The notes below the pieces were generated by a model, which searched no databases, was not told where the DNA came from, and saw only the letters and a program-made list of their open reading frames with translations. DNA of 64,000 nt. Source: Auanema rhodensis. Taxonomy: Eukaryota; Animalia; Nematoda. Shown in pieces: positions 41,501 to 56,200 of the stretch (position 1 is its first letter; each line of letters starts with the position of its first letter). The stretch is taken from contig OZ059899.1 in NCBI GenBank assembly GCA_964057225.1, forward strand, positions 21,018,001 through 21,082,000, in the 5' to 3' direction. Made by a program: the position numbers and the translations under genes.

Positions 41501-44500
41501 AAAGGAATCTAAAAACATCCACTTTTTGCTAAATTATTTTGAAATTTTTTGAAAAAATTTTTGTCAAAATGTTTTTGGAAGCAATGTTGAGTGTACATGG
41601 AAACTCAACATACACTAATGCATCATATTTCAAACGATCATAACTAATTTTTGTACTAAGCGTTTCTCAATGTAGTATAGTGCATTCGATGCGGATTTTT
41701 AAGCTGCGTCGATCTGTGTTATCAGATTTGCGCTAGCTTAAAAATGCACCGAGATATCAACTGATATAAGTTCACACTTATATCCTCGATTTTCACCCTG
41801 AAGAATTAATTTTTTCGTTGAATAACATTGTCCATCGTCTTTGCCTTGAAAAAAGGAATCTAAAAACATCTACTTTTTGCTAAATTATTTTGAAATTTTT
41901 TGAAAAAATTTTTGTCAAAATGTTTTTGGAAGCAATGTTGAGTGTACATGGAAACTCAACATACACTAATGCATCATTTTTCAAACGATCATAACTAATT
42001 TTTGTATTAAGCTTTTCTCAATGTAGTATAGTGCATTCGATGCGGATTTTTAAGCTGCGTCGATCTGTGTTATCAGATTTGCGCTAGCTTAAAAATGCAC
42101 CGAGATATCAACTGATATAAGTTCACACTTATATCCTCGATTTTCACCCTGAAGAATTAATTTTTTTTGGTTGAATAACATTGTCCATCGTCTTTGCCTT
42201 GAAAAAAGGAATCTAAAAACATCTACTTTTTGCTAAATTATTTTGAAATTTTTTGAAAAAATTTTTGTCAAAATGTTTTTGGAAGCAATGTTGAGTGTAC
42301 ATGGAAACTCAACATACACTAATGCTTCATTTTTCAAACGATCATAACTAATTTTTGTATTAAGCTTTTCTCAATGTAGTATAGTGCATTCGATGCGGAT
42401 TTTTAAGCTGCGTCGATCTGTGTTATCAGATTTGCGCTAGCTTAAAAATGCACCGAGATATCAACTGATATAAGTTCACACTTATATCCTCGATTTTCAC
42501 CCTGAAGAATTAATTTTTTCGTTGAATAACATTGTCCATCGTCTTTGCCTTGAAAAAAGGAATCTAAAAACATCTACTTTTTGCTAAATTATTTTGAAAT
42601 TTTTCGAAAAAATTTTTGTCAAAATGTTTTTGGAAGCAATGTTGAGTGTACATGGAAACTCTACATACACTAAGGCATCATTTTTCAAACGATCATAACT
42701 AATTTTTATATTAAGCGTTTCTCAATGTAGTATAGTGCATTCGATGCGGATTTTTAAGCTGCGTCGATCTGTGTTATCAGATTTGCGCTAGCTTAAAAAT
42801 GCACCGAGATATCAACTAATATAAGTTCACACTTATATCCTCGATTTTCACCCTGAAGAATTAATTTTTTCGTTGAATAACATTGTCCATCGTCTTTGCC
42901 TTGAAAAAAGGAATCTAAAAACATCTACTTTTTGCTAAATTATCTTGAAATTTTTTGAAAAAATTTTTGTCAAAATGTTTTTGGAAGCAATGTTGAGTGT
43001 ACATGGAAACTCAACATACACTAATGCATCATTTTTCAAACGATCATAACTAATTTTTGTATCAAGCGTTTCTCAATGAGTATAGTGCATTCGATGCGGA
43101 TTTTTAAGCTGCGTCGATCTGTGTTATCAGATTTGCGCTAGCTTAAAAATGCACCGAGATATCAACTGATATAAGTTCACACTTATATCCTCGATTTTCA
43201 CCCTGAAGAATTAAATTTTTCGTTGAATAACATTGTCCATCGTCTTTGCCTTGAAAAAAGGAATCTAAAAACATCTACTTTTCGCTAAATTATTTTGAAT
43301 TTTTTCGAAAAAATTTTTGTCAAAATGTTTTTGGAAGCAATGTTAAGTGTACATGGAAACTCAACATACACTAAGGCATCATTTTTCAAACGATCATAAC
43401 TAATTTTTGTATCAAGCGTTTCTCAATGAGTATAGTGCATTCGATGCGGATTTTTAAGCTGCGTCGATCTGTGTTATCAGATTTGCGCTAGCTTAAAAAT
43501 GCACCGAGATATCAACTGATATAAGTTCACACTTATATCCTCGATTTTCACCCTGAAGAATTAATTTTTTTTGGTTGAATAACATTGTCCATCGTCTTTG
43601 CCTTGAAAAAAGGAATCTAAAAACATCTACTTTTTGCTAAATTATTTTGAAATTTTTTGAAAAAATTTTTGTCAAAATGTTTTTGGAAGCAATGTTGAGT
43701 GTACATGGAAACTCAACATACACTAATGCATCATATTTCAAACGATCATAACTAATTTTTGTACTAAGCGTTTCTCAATGTAGTATAGTGCATTCGATGC
43801 GGATTTTTAAGCTGCGTCGATCTGTGTTATCAGATTTGCGCTAGCTTAAAAATGCACCGAGATATCAACTGATATAAGTTCACACTTATATCCTCGATTT
43901 TCACCCTGAAGAATTAAATTTTTCGTTGAATAACATTGTCCATCGTCTTTGCCTTAAAAAAAGGAATCTAAAAACATCTACTTTTCGCTAAATTATTTTG
44001 AATTTTTTCGAAAAAATTTTTGTCAAAATGTTTTTGGAAGCAATGTTGAGTGTACATGGAAACTCAACATACACTAAGGCATCATTTTTCAAACGATCAT
44101 AACTAATTTTTGTATCAAGCGTTTCTCAATGAGTATAGTGCATTCGATGCGGATTTTTAAGCTGCGTCGATCTGTGTTATCAGATTTGCGCTAGCTTAAA
44201 AATGCACCGAGATATCAACTGATATAAGTTCACACTTATATCCTCGATTTTCACCCTGAAGAATTAATTTTTTTTGGTTGAATAACATTGTCCATCGTCT
44301 TTGCCTTGAAAAAAGGAATCTAAAAACATCCACTTTTTGCTAAATTATTTTGAAATTTTTTGAAAAAATTTTTGTCAAAATGTTTTTGGAAGCAATGTTG
44401 AGTGTACATGGAAACTCAACATACACTAATGCATCATATTTCAAACGATCATAACTAATTTTTGTACTAAGCGTTTCTCAATGTAGTATAGTGCATTCGA

Positions 44501-47293
44501 TGCGGATTTTTAAGCTGCGTCGATCTGTGTTATCAGATTTGCGCTAGCTTAAAAATGCACCGAGATATCAACTGATATAAGTTCACACTTATATCCTCGA
44601 TTTTCACCCTGAAGAATTAATTTTTTCGTTGAATAACATTGTCCATCGTCTTTGCCTTGAAAAAAGGAATCTAAAAACATCTACTTTTTGCTAAATTATT
44701 TTGAAATTTTTTGAAAAAATTTTTGTCAAAATGTTTTTGGAAGCAATGTTGAGTGTACATGGAAACTCAACATACACTAATGCATCATTTTTCAAACGAT
44801 CATAACTAATTTTTGTATTAAGCTTTTCTCAATGTAGTATAGTGCATTCGATGCGGATTTTTAAGCTGCGTCGATCTGTGTTATCAGATTTGCGCTAGCT
44901 TAAAAATGCACCGAGATATCAACTGATATAAGTTCACACTTATATCCTCGATTTTCACCCTGAAGAATTAATTTTTTTTGGTTGAATAACATTGTCCATC
45001 GTCTTTGCCTTGAAAAAAGGAATCTAAAAACATCTACTTTTTGCTAAATTATTTTGAAATTTTTTGAAAAAATTTTTGTCAAAATGTTTTTGGAAGCAAT
45101 GTTGAGTGTACATGGAAACTCAACATACACTAATGCTTCATTTTTCAAACGATCATAACTAATTTTTGTATTAAGCTTTTCTCAATGTAGTATAGTGCAT
45201 TCGATGCGGATTTTTAAGCTGCGTCGATCTGTGTTATCAGATTTGCGCTAGCTTAAAAATGCACCGAGATATCAACTGATATAAGTTCACACTTATATCC
45301 TCGATTTTCACCCTGAAGAATTAATTTTTTCGTTGAATAACATTGTCCATCGTCTTTGCCTTGAAAAAAGGAATCTAAAAACATCTACTTTTTGCTAAAT
45401 TATTTTGAAATTTTTCGAAAAAATTTTTGTCAAAATGTTTTTGGAAGCAATGTTGAGTGTACATGGAAACTCTACATACACTAAGGCATCATTTTTCAAA
45501 CGATCATAACTAATTTTTATATTAAGCGTTTCTCAATGTAGTATAGTGCATTCGATGCGGATTTTTAAGCTGCGTCGATCTGTGTTATCAGATTTGCGCT
45601 AGCTTAAAAATGCACCGAGATATCAACTAATATAAGTTCACACTTATATCCTCGATTTTCACCCTGAAGAATTAATTTTTTCGTTGAATAACATTGTCCA
45701 TCGTCTTTGCCTTGAAAAAAGGAATCTAAAAACATCTACTTTTTGCTAAATTATCTTGAAATTTTTTGAAAAAATTTTTGTCAAAATGTTTTTGGAAGCA
45801 ATGTTGAGTGTACATGGAAACTCAACATACACTAATGCATCATTTTTCAAACGATCATAACTAATTTTTGTATCAAGCGTTTCTCAATGAGTATAGTGCA
45901 TTCGATGCGGATTTTTAAGCTGCGTCGATCTGTGTTATCAGATTTGCGCTAGCTTAAAAATGCACCGAGATATCAACTGATATAAGTTCACACTTATATC
46001 CTCGATTTTCACCCTGAAGAATTAAATTTTTCGTTGAATAACATTGTCCATCGTCTTTGCCTTGAAAAAAGGAATCTAAAAACATCTACTTTTCGCTAAA
46101 TTATTTTGAATTTTTTCGAAAAAATTTTTGTCAAAATGTTTTTGGAAGCAATGTTGAGTGTACATGGAAACTCAACATACACTAAGGCATCATTTTTCAA
46201 ACGATCATAACTAATTTTTGTATCAAGCGTTTCTCAATGAGTATAGTGCATTCGATGCGGATTTTTAAGCTGCGTCGATCTGTGTTATCAGATTTGCGCT
46301 AGCTTAAAAATGCACCGAGATATCAACTGATATAAGTTCACACTTATATCCTCGATTTTCACCCTGAAGAATTAATTTTTTTTGGTTGAATAACATTGTC
46401 CATCGTCTTTGCCTTGAAAAAAGGAATCTAAAAACATCTACTTTTTGCTAAATTATTTTGAAATTTTTTGAAAAAATTTTTGTCAAAATGTTTTTGGAAG
46501 CAATGTTGAGTGTACATGGAAACTCAACATACACTAATGCATCATATTTCAAACGATCATAACTAATTTTTGTACTAAGCGTTTCTCAATGTAGTATAGT
46601 GCATTCGATGCGGATTTTTAAGCTGCGTCGATCTGTGTTATCAGATTTGCGCTAGCTTAAAAATGCACCGAGATATCAACTGATATAAGTTCACACTTAT
46701 ATCCTCGATTTTCACCCTGAAGAATTAATTTTTTCGTTGAATAACATTGTCCATCGTCTTTGCCTTGAAAAAAGGAATCTAAAAACATCTACTTTTTGCT
46801 AAATTATTTTGAAATTTTTTGAAAAAATTTTTGTCAAAATGTTTTTGGAAGCAATGTTGAGTGTACATGGAAACTCAACATACACTAATGCATCATTTTT
46901 CAAACGATCATAACTAATTTTTGTATTAAGCTTTTCTCAATGTAGTATAGTGCATTCGATGCGGATTTTTAAGCTGCGTCGATCTGTGTTATCAGATTTG
47001 CGCTAGCTTAAAAATGCACCGAGATATCAACTGATATAAGTTCACACTTATATCCTCGATTTTCACCCTGAAGAATTAATTTTTTTTGGTTGAATAACAT
47101 TGTCCATCGTCTTTGCCTTGAAAAAAGGAATCTAAAAACATCTACTTTTTGCTAAATTATTTTGAAATTTTTTGAAAAAATTTTTGTCAAAATGTTTTTG
47201 GAAGCAATGTTGAGTGTACATGGAAACTCAACATACACTAATGCTTCATTTTTCAAACGATCATAACTAATTTTTGTATTAAGCTTTTCTCAA
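38512..47293. repeat. 6-mer higher-order repeat A-B-C-D-E-F (~2.1 kb, ~4 copies) with contracted and expanded variants
   Basis: A (CTCTAC, AAGGC, TTTATA) at 38512, 42375, 45186. B (ACTAAT, TATCTT, TATCAAG) at 38863, 40619, 42726, 45537. C (TAAATTT, TTCGCT) at 39213, 40969, 43077, 43779, 45888. D (T8GG, CATATTT, GTACTAA) at 39563, 41319, 43427, 44130, 46238. F (T8GG, GCTTC) at 42022, 44833, 46941. Confidence 0.92.
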
Positions 47294-47644
47294 TGTAGTA
47301 TAGTGCATTCGATGCGGATTTTTAAGCTGCGTCGATCTGTGTTATCAGATTTGCGCTAGCTTAAAAATGCACCGAGATATCAACTGATATAAGTTCACAC
47401 TTATATCCTCGATTTTCACCCTGAAGAATTAATTTTTTCGTTGAATAACATTGTCCATCGTCTTTGCCTTGAAAAAAGGAATCTAAAAACATCTACTTTT
47501 TGCTAAATTATTTTGAAATTTTTTGAAAAAATTTTTGTCAAAATGTTTTTGGAAGCAATGTTGAGTGTACATGGAAACTCAACATACACTAATGCATCAT
47601 TTTTCAAACGATCATAACTAATTTTTGTATTAAGCGTTTCTCAA

Positions 47645-50600
47645 TGTAGTATAGTGCATTCGATGCGGATTTTTAAGCTGCGTCGATCTGTGTTATCAGA
47701 TTTGCGCTAGCTTAAAAATGCACCGAGATATCAACTGATATAAGTTCACACTTATATCCTCGATTTTCACCCTGAAGAATTAATTTTTTCGTTGAATAAC
47801 ATTGTCCATCGTCTTTGCCTTGAAAAAAGGAATCTAAAAACATCTACTTTTTGCTAAATTATTTTGAAATTTTTCGAAAAAATTTTTGTCAAAATGTTTT
47901 TGGAAGCAATGTTGAGTGTACATGGAAACTCTACATACACTAAGGCATCATTTTTCAAACGATCATAACTAATTTTTGTATTAAGCGTTTCTCAATGTAG
48001 TATAGTGCATTCGATGCGGATTTGTAAGCTGCGTCGATCTGTGTTATCAGATTTGCGCTAGCTTAAAAATGCACCGAGATATCAACTAATATAAGTTCAC
48101 ACTTATATCCTCGATTTTCACCCTGAAGAATTAATTTTTTCGTTGAATAACAAAGTCCATCGTCTTTGCCTTGAAAAAAGGAATCTAAAAACATCTACTT
48201 TTTGCTAAATTATTTTGAAATTTTTTGAAAAAATTTTTGTCAAAATGTTTTTGGAAGCAATGTTGAGTGTACATGGAAACTCAACATACACTAATGCATC
48301 ATTTTTCAAACGATCATAACTAATTTTTGTATTGAGCGTTTCTCAATGTAGTATAGTGCATTCGATGCGGATTTTTAAGCTGCGTCGATCTGTGTTATCA
48401 GATTTGCGCTAGCTTAAAAATGCACCGAGATATCAACTGATATAAGTTCACACTTATATCCTCGATTTTCACCCTGAAGAATTAATTTTTTCGTTGAATA
48501 ACATTGTCCATCGTCTTTGCCTTGAAAAAAGGAATCTAAAAACATCTACTTTTTGCTAAATTATTTTGAAATTTTTTGAAAAAATTTTTGTCAAAATGTT
48601 TTTGGAAGCAATGTTGAGTGTACATGGAAACTCAACGTACACTAATGCATCATTTTTCAAACGATCATAACTAATTTTTGTATTAAACGTTTCTCAATGT
48701 AGTATAGTGCATTCGATGCGGATTTTTAAGCTGCGTCGATCTGTGTTATCAGATTTGCGCTAGCTTAAAAATGCACCGAGATATCAACTGATATAAGTTC
48801 ACACTTATATCCTCGATTTTCACCCTGAAGAATTAATTTTTTCGTTGAATAACATTGTCCATCGTCTTTGCCTTGAAAAAAGGAATCTAAAAACATCTAC
48901 TTTTTGCTAAATTATTTTGAAATTTTTTGAAAAAATTTTTGTCAAAATGTTTTTGGAAGCAATGTTGAGTGTACATGGAAACTCAACATACACTAATGCT
49001 TCATTTTTCAAACGATCATAACTAATTTTTGTATTAAGCTTTTCTCAATGTAGTATAGTGCATTCGATGCGGATTTTTAAGCTGCGTCGATCTGTGTTAT
49101 CAGATTTGCGCTAGCTTAAAAATGCACCGAGATATCAACTGATATAAGTTCACACTTATATCCTCGATTTTCACCCTGAAGAATTAATTTTTTCGTTGAA
49201 TAACATTGTCCATCGTCTTTGCCTTGAAAAAAGGAATCTAAAAACATCTACTTTTTGCTAAATTATTTTGAAATTTTTTGAAAAAATTTTTGTCAAAATG
49301 TTTTTGGAAGCAATGTTGAGTGTACATGGAAACTCAACATACACTAATGCATCATTTTTCAAACGATCATAACTAATTTTTGTATTAAGCGTTTCTCAAT
49401 GTAGTATAGTGCACTCGATGCGGATTTTTAAGCTGCGTCGATCTGTGTTATCAGATTTGCGCTAGCTTAAAAATGCACCGAGATATCAACTAATATAAGT
49501 TCACACTTATATCCTCGATTTTCACCCTGAAGAATTAATTTTTTCGTTGAATAACAAAGTCCATCGTCTTTGCCTTGAGAAAAGGAATCTAAAAACATCT
49601 ACTTTTTGCTAAATTATTTTGAAATTTTTTGAAAAAATTTTTGTCAAAATGTTTTTGGAAGCAATGTTGAGTGTACATGGAAACTCAACATACACTAATG
49701 CATCATTTTTCAAACGATCATAACTAATTTTTGTATTAAGCGTTTCTCAATGTTGTATAGTGCATTCGATGCGGATTTTTAAGCTGCGTCGATCTGTGTT
49801 ATCAGATTTGCGCTAGCTTAAAAATGCACCGAGATATCAACTGATATAAGTTCACACTTATATCCTCGATTTTCACCCTGAAGAATTAATTTTTTCGTTG
49901 AATAACATTGTCCATCGTCTTTGCCTTGAAAAAAGGAATCTAAAAACATCTACTTTTTGCTAAATTATTTTGAAATTTTTCGAAAAAATTTTTGTCAAAA
50001 TGTTTTTGGAAGCAATGTTGAGTGTACATGGAAACTCTACATACACTAAGGCATCATTTTTCAAACGATCATAACTAATTTTTGTATTAAGCGTTTCTCA
50101 ATGTAGTATAGTGCATTCGATGCGGATTTTTAAGCTGCGTCGATCTGTGTTATCAGATTTGCGCTAGCTTAAAAATGCACCGAGATATCAACTAATATAA
50201 GTTCACACTTATATCCTCGATTTTCACCCTGAAGAATTAATTTTTTCGTTGAATAACAAAGTCCATCGTCTTTGCCTTGAAAAAAGGAATCTAAAAACAT
50301 CTACTTTTTGCTAAATTATTTTGAAATTTTTTGAAAAAATTTTTGTCAAAATGTTTTTGGAAGCAATGTTGAGTGTACATGGAAACTCAACATACACTAA
50401 TGCATCATTTTTCAAACGATCATAACTAATTTTTGTATTGAGCGTTTCTCAATGTAGTATAGTGCATTCGATGCGGATTTTTAAGCTGCGTCGATCTGTG
50501 TTATCAGATTTGCGCTAGCTTAAAAATGCACCGAGATATCAACTGATATAAGTTCACACTTATATCCTCGATTTTCACCCTGAAGAATTAATTTTTTCGT

Positions 50601-51156
50601 TGAATAACATTGTCCATCGTCTTTGCCTTGAAAAAAGGAATCTAAAAACATCTACTTTTTGCTAAATTATTTTGAAATTTTTTGAAAAAATTTTTGTCAA
50701 AATGTTTTTGGAAGCAATGTTGAGTGTACATGGAAACTCAACGTACACTAATGCATCATTTTTCAAACGATCATAACTAATTTTTGTATTAAACGTTTCT
50801 CAATGTAGTATAGTGCATTCGATGCGGATTTTTAAGCTGCGTCGATCTGTGTTATCAGATTTGCGCTAGCTTAAAAATGCACCGAGATATCAACTGATAT
50901 AAGTTCACACTTATATCCTCGATTTTCACCCTGAAGAATTAATTTTTTTTGGTTGAATAACATTGTCCATCGTCTTTGCCTTGAAAAAAGGAATCTAAAA
51001 ACATCTACTTTTTGCTAAATTATTTTGAAATTTTTTGAAAAAATTTTTGTCAAAATGTTTTTGGAAGCAATGTTGAGTGTACATGGAAACTCAACATACA
51101 CTAATGCTTCATTTTTCAAACGATCATAACTAATTTTTGTATTAAGCTTTTCTCAA
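47645..51156. repeat. Local 6-mer-period duplication (2106 bp)
   Basis: CTCTAC monomer at 47645/49751, AAAGTCC+ATTGAG at 47996/50102, AACGTA+TAAACG at 48347/50453. Confidence 0.82.
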
Positions 51157-53264
51157 TGTAGTATAGTGCATTCGATGCGGATTTTTAAGCTGCGTCGATC
51201 TGTGTTATCAGATTTGCGCTAGCTTAAAAATGCACCGAGATATCAACTGATATAAGTTCACACTTATATCCTCGATTTTCACCCTGAAGAATTAATTTTT
51301 TCGTTGAATAACATTGTCCATCGTCTTTGCCTTGAAAAAAGGAATCTAAAAACATCTACTTTTTGCTAAATTATTTTGAAATTTTTTGAAAAAATTTTTG
51401 TCAAAATGTTTTTGGAAGCAATGTTGAGTGTACATGGAAACTCAACATACACTAATGCTTCATTTTTCAAACGATCATAACTAATTTTTGTATTAAGCTT
51501 TTCTCAATGTAGTATAGTGCATTCGATGCGGATTTTTAAGCTGCGTCGATCTGTGTTATCAGATTTGCGCTAGCTTAAAAATACACCGAGATATCAACTG
51601 ATATAAGTTCACACTTATATCCTCGATTTTCACCCTGAAGAATTAATTTTTTCGTTGAATAACATTGTCCATCGTCTTTGCCTTGAAAAAAGGAATCTAA
51701 AAACATCTACTTTTTGCTAAATTATTTTGAAATTTTTCGAAAAAATTTTTGTCAAAATGTTTTTGGAAGCAATGTTGAGTGTACATGGAAACTCTACATA
51801 CACTAAGACATCATTTTTCAAACGATCATAACTAATTTTTGTAATAAGCGTTTCTCAATATAGTATAGTGCATTCGATGCGGATTTTTAAGCTGCGTCGA
51901 TCTGTGTTATCAGATTTGCGCTAGCTTAAAAATGCACCGAGATATCAACTGATATAAGTTCACACTTATATCCTCGATTTTCACCCTGAAGAATTAATTT
52001 TTTCGTTGAATAACATTGTCCATCGTCTTTGCCTTGAAAAAAGGAATCTAAAAACATCTACTTTTTGCTAAATTATTTTGAAATTTTTTGAAAAAATTTT
52101 TGTCAAAATGTTTTTGGAAGCAATGTTGAGTGTACATGGAAACTCAACATACACTAATGCTTCATTTTTCAAACGATCATAACTAATTTTTGTATTAAGC
52201 TTTTCTCAATGTAGTATAGTGCATTCGATGCGGATTTTTAAGCTGCGTCGATCTGTGTTATCAGATTTGCGCTAGCTTAAAAATGCACCGAGATATCAAC
52301 TGATATAAGTTCACACTTATATCCTCGATTTTCACCCTGAAGAATTAATTTTTTCGTTGAATAACATTGTCCATCGTCTTTGCCTTGAAAAAAGGAATCT
52401 AAAAACATCTACTTTTTGCTAAATTATTTTGAAATTTTTTGAAAAAATTTTTGTCAAAATGTTTTTGGAAGCAATGTTGAGTGTACATGGAAACTCAACA
52501 TACACTAATGCTTCATTTTTCAAACGATCATAACTAATTTTTGTATTAAGCTTTTCTCAATGTAGTATAGTGCATTCGATGCGGATTTTTAAGCTGCGTC
52601 GATCTGTGTTATCAGATTTGCGCTAGCTTAAAAATACACCGAGATATCAACTGATATAAGTTCACACTTATATCCTCGATTTTCACCCTGAAGAATTAAT
52701 TTTTTCGTTGAATAACATTGTCCATCGTCTTTGCCTTGAAAAAAGGAATCTAAAAACATCTACTTTTTGCTAAATTATTTTGAAATTTTTCGAAAAAATT
52801 TTTGTCAAAATGTTTTTGGAAGCAATGTTGAGTGTACATGGAAACTCTACATACACTAAGACATCATTTTTCAAACGATCATAACTAATTTTTGTAATAA
52901 GCGTTTCTCAATATAGTATAGTGCATTCGATGCGGATTTTTAAGCTGCGTCGATCTGTGTTATCAGATTTGCGCTAGCTTAAAAATGCACCGAGATATCA
53001 ACTGATATAAGTTCACACTTATATCCTCGATTTTCACCCTGAAGAATTAATTTTTTTTGGTTGAATAACATTGTCCATCGTCTTTGCCTTGAAAAAAGGA
53101 ATCTAAAAACATCTACTTTTTGCTAAATTATTTTGAAATTTTTTGAAAAAATTTTTGTCAAAATGTTTTTGGAAGCAATGTTGAGTGTACATGGAAACTC
53201 AACATACACTAATGCTTCATTTTTCAAACGATCATAACTAATTTTTGTATTAAGCTTTTCTCAA
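51157..53264. repeat. Local 3-mer duplication (1053 bp)
   Basis: Rare ATACACC/AAGACA/GTAATA monomer at 51508 and 52561, each followed by a monomer starting TATAGT. Confidence 0.85.
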
Positions 53265-56200
53265 TGTAGTATAGTGCATTCGATGCGGATTTTTAAGCTG
53301 CGTCGATCTGTGTTATCAGATTTGCGCTAGCTTAAAAATGCACCGAGATATCAACTGATATAAGTTCACACTTATATCCTCGATTTTCACCCTGAAGAAT
53401 TAATTTTTTCGTTGAATAACATTGTCCATCGTCTTTGCCTTGAAAAAAGGAATCTAAAAACATCTACTTTTTGCTAAATTATTTTGAAATTTTTCGAAAA
53501 AATTTTTGTCAAAATGTTTTTGGAAGCAATGTTGAGTGTACATGGAAACTCAACATACACTAATGCATCATTTTTCAAACGATCATAACTAATTTTTGTA
53601 TTAAGCTTTTCTCAATGTAGTACAGTGCATTCGATGCGGATTTTTAAGCTGCGTCGATCTGTGTTATCAGATTTGCGCTAGCTTAAAAATGCACCGAGAT
53701 ATCAACTGATATAAGTTCACACTTATATCCTCGATTTTCACCCTGAAGAATTAATTTTTTTTGGTTGAATAACATTGTCCATCGTCTTTGCCTTGAAAAA
53801 AGGAATCTAAAAACATCTACTTTTTGCTAAATTATTTTGAAATTTTTTGAAAAAATTTTTGTCAAAATGTTTTTGGAAGCAATGTTGAGTGTACATGGAA
53901 ACTCAACATACACTAATGCTTCATTTTTCAAACGATCATAACTAATTTTTGTATTAAACGTTTCTCAATGTAGTATAGTGCATTCGATGCGGATTTTTAA
54001 GCTGCGTCGATCTGTGTTATCAGATTTGCGCTAGCTTAAAAATGCACCGAGATATCAACTGATATAAGTTCACACTTATATCCTCGATTTTCACCCTGAA
54101 GAATTAATTTTTTCGTTGAATAACATTGTCCATCGTCTTTGCCTTAAAAAAAGGAATCTAAAAACATCTACTTTTTGCTAAATTATCTTGAAATTTTTCG
54201 AAAAAATTTTTGTCAAAATGTTTTTGGAAGCAATGTTGAGTGTACATGGAAACTCAACATACACTAATGCATCATTTTTCAAACGATCATAACTCATTTT
54301 TGTATTAAGCTTTTCTCAATGTAGTACAGTGCATTCGATGCGGATTTTTAAGCTGCGTCGATCTGTGTTATCAGATTTGCGCTAGCTTAAAAATGCACCG
54401 AGATATCAACTGATATAAGTTCACACTTATATCCTCGATTTTCACCCTGAAGAATTAATTTTTTTTGGTTGAATAACATTGTCCATCGTCTTTGCCTTGA
54501 AAAAAGGAATCTAAAAACATCTACTTTTTGCTAAATTATTTTGAAATTTTTTGAAAAAATTTTTGTCAAAATGTTTTTGGAAGCAATGTTGAGTGTACAT
54601 GGAAACTCAACATACACTAATGCTTCATTTTTCAAACGATCATAACTAATTTTTGTATTAAACGTTTCTCAATGTAGTATAGTGCATTCGATGCGGATTT
54701 TTAAGCTGCGTCGATCTGTGTTATCAGATTTGCGCTAGCTTAAAAATGCACCGAGATATCAACTGATATAAGTTCACACTTATATCCTCGATTTTCACCC
54801 TGAAGAATTAATTTTTTCGTTGAATAACATTGTCCATCGTCTTTGCCTTGAAAAAAGGAATCTAAAAACATCTACTTTTTGCTAAATTATTTTGAAATTT
54901 TTCGAAAAAATTTTTGTCAAAATGTTTTTGGAAGCAATGTTGAGTGTACATGGAAACTCAACATACACTAATGCATCATTTTTCAAACGATCATAACTCA
55001 TTTTTGTATTAAGCTTTTCTCAATGTAGTACAGTGCATTCGATGCGGATTTTTAAGCTGCGTCGATCTGTGTTATCAGATTTGCGCTAGCTTAAAAATGC
55101 ACCGAGATATCAACTGATATAAGTTCACACTTATATCCTCGATTTTCACCCTGAAGAATTAATTTTTTTTGGTTGAATAACATTGTCCATCGTCTTTGCC
55201 TTGAAAAAAGGAATCTAAAAACATCTACTTTTTGCTAAATTATTTTGAAATTTTTTGAAAAAATTTTTGTCAAAATGTTTTTGGAAGCAATGTTGAGTGT
55301 ACATGGAAACTCAACATACACTAATGCTTCATTTTTCAAACGATCATAACTAATTTTTGTATTAAGCTTTTCTCAATGTAGTATAGTGCATTCGATGCGG
55401 ATTTTTAAGCTGCGTCGATCTGTGTTATCAGATTTGCGCTAGCTTAAAAATGCACCGAGATATCAACTGATATAAGTTCACACTTATATCCTCGATTTTC
55501 ACCCTGAAGAATTAATTTTTTCGTTGAATAACATTGTCCATCGTCTTTGCCTTGAAAAAAGGAATCTAAAAACATCTACTTTTTGCTAAATTATTTTGAA
55601 ATTTTTTGAAAAAATTTTTGTCAAAATGTTTTTGGAAGCAATGTTGAGTGTACATGGAAACTCAACATACACTAATGCTTCATTTTTCAAACGATCATAA
55701 CTAATTTTTGTATTAAGCTTTTCTCAATGTAGTAAAGTGCATTCGATGCGGATTTTTAAGCTGCGTCGATCTGTGTTATCAGATTTGCGCTAGCTTAAAA
55801 ATGCACCGAGATATCAACTGATATAAGTTCACACTTATATCCTCGATTTTCACCCTGAAGAATTAATTTTTTCGTTGAATAACATTGTCCATCGTCTTTG
55901 CCTTGAAAAAAGGAATCTAAAAACATCTACTTTTTGCTAAATTATTTTGAAATTTTTCGAAAAAATTTTTGTCAAAATGTTTTTGGAAGCAATGTTGAGT
56001 GTACATGGAAACTCAACATACACTAATGCATCATTTTTCAAACGATCATAACTAATTTTTGTATTAAGCTTTTCTCAATGTAGTACAGTGCATTCGATGC
56101 GGATTTTTAAACTGCGTCGATCTGTGTTATCAGATTTGCGCTAGCTTAAAAATGCACCGAGATATCAACTGATATAAGTTCACACTTATATCCTCGATTT

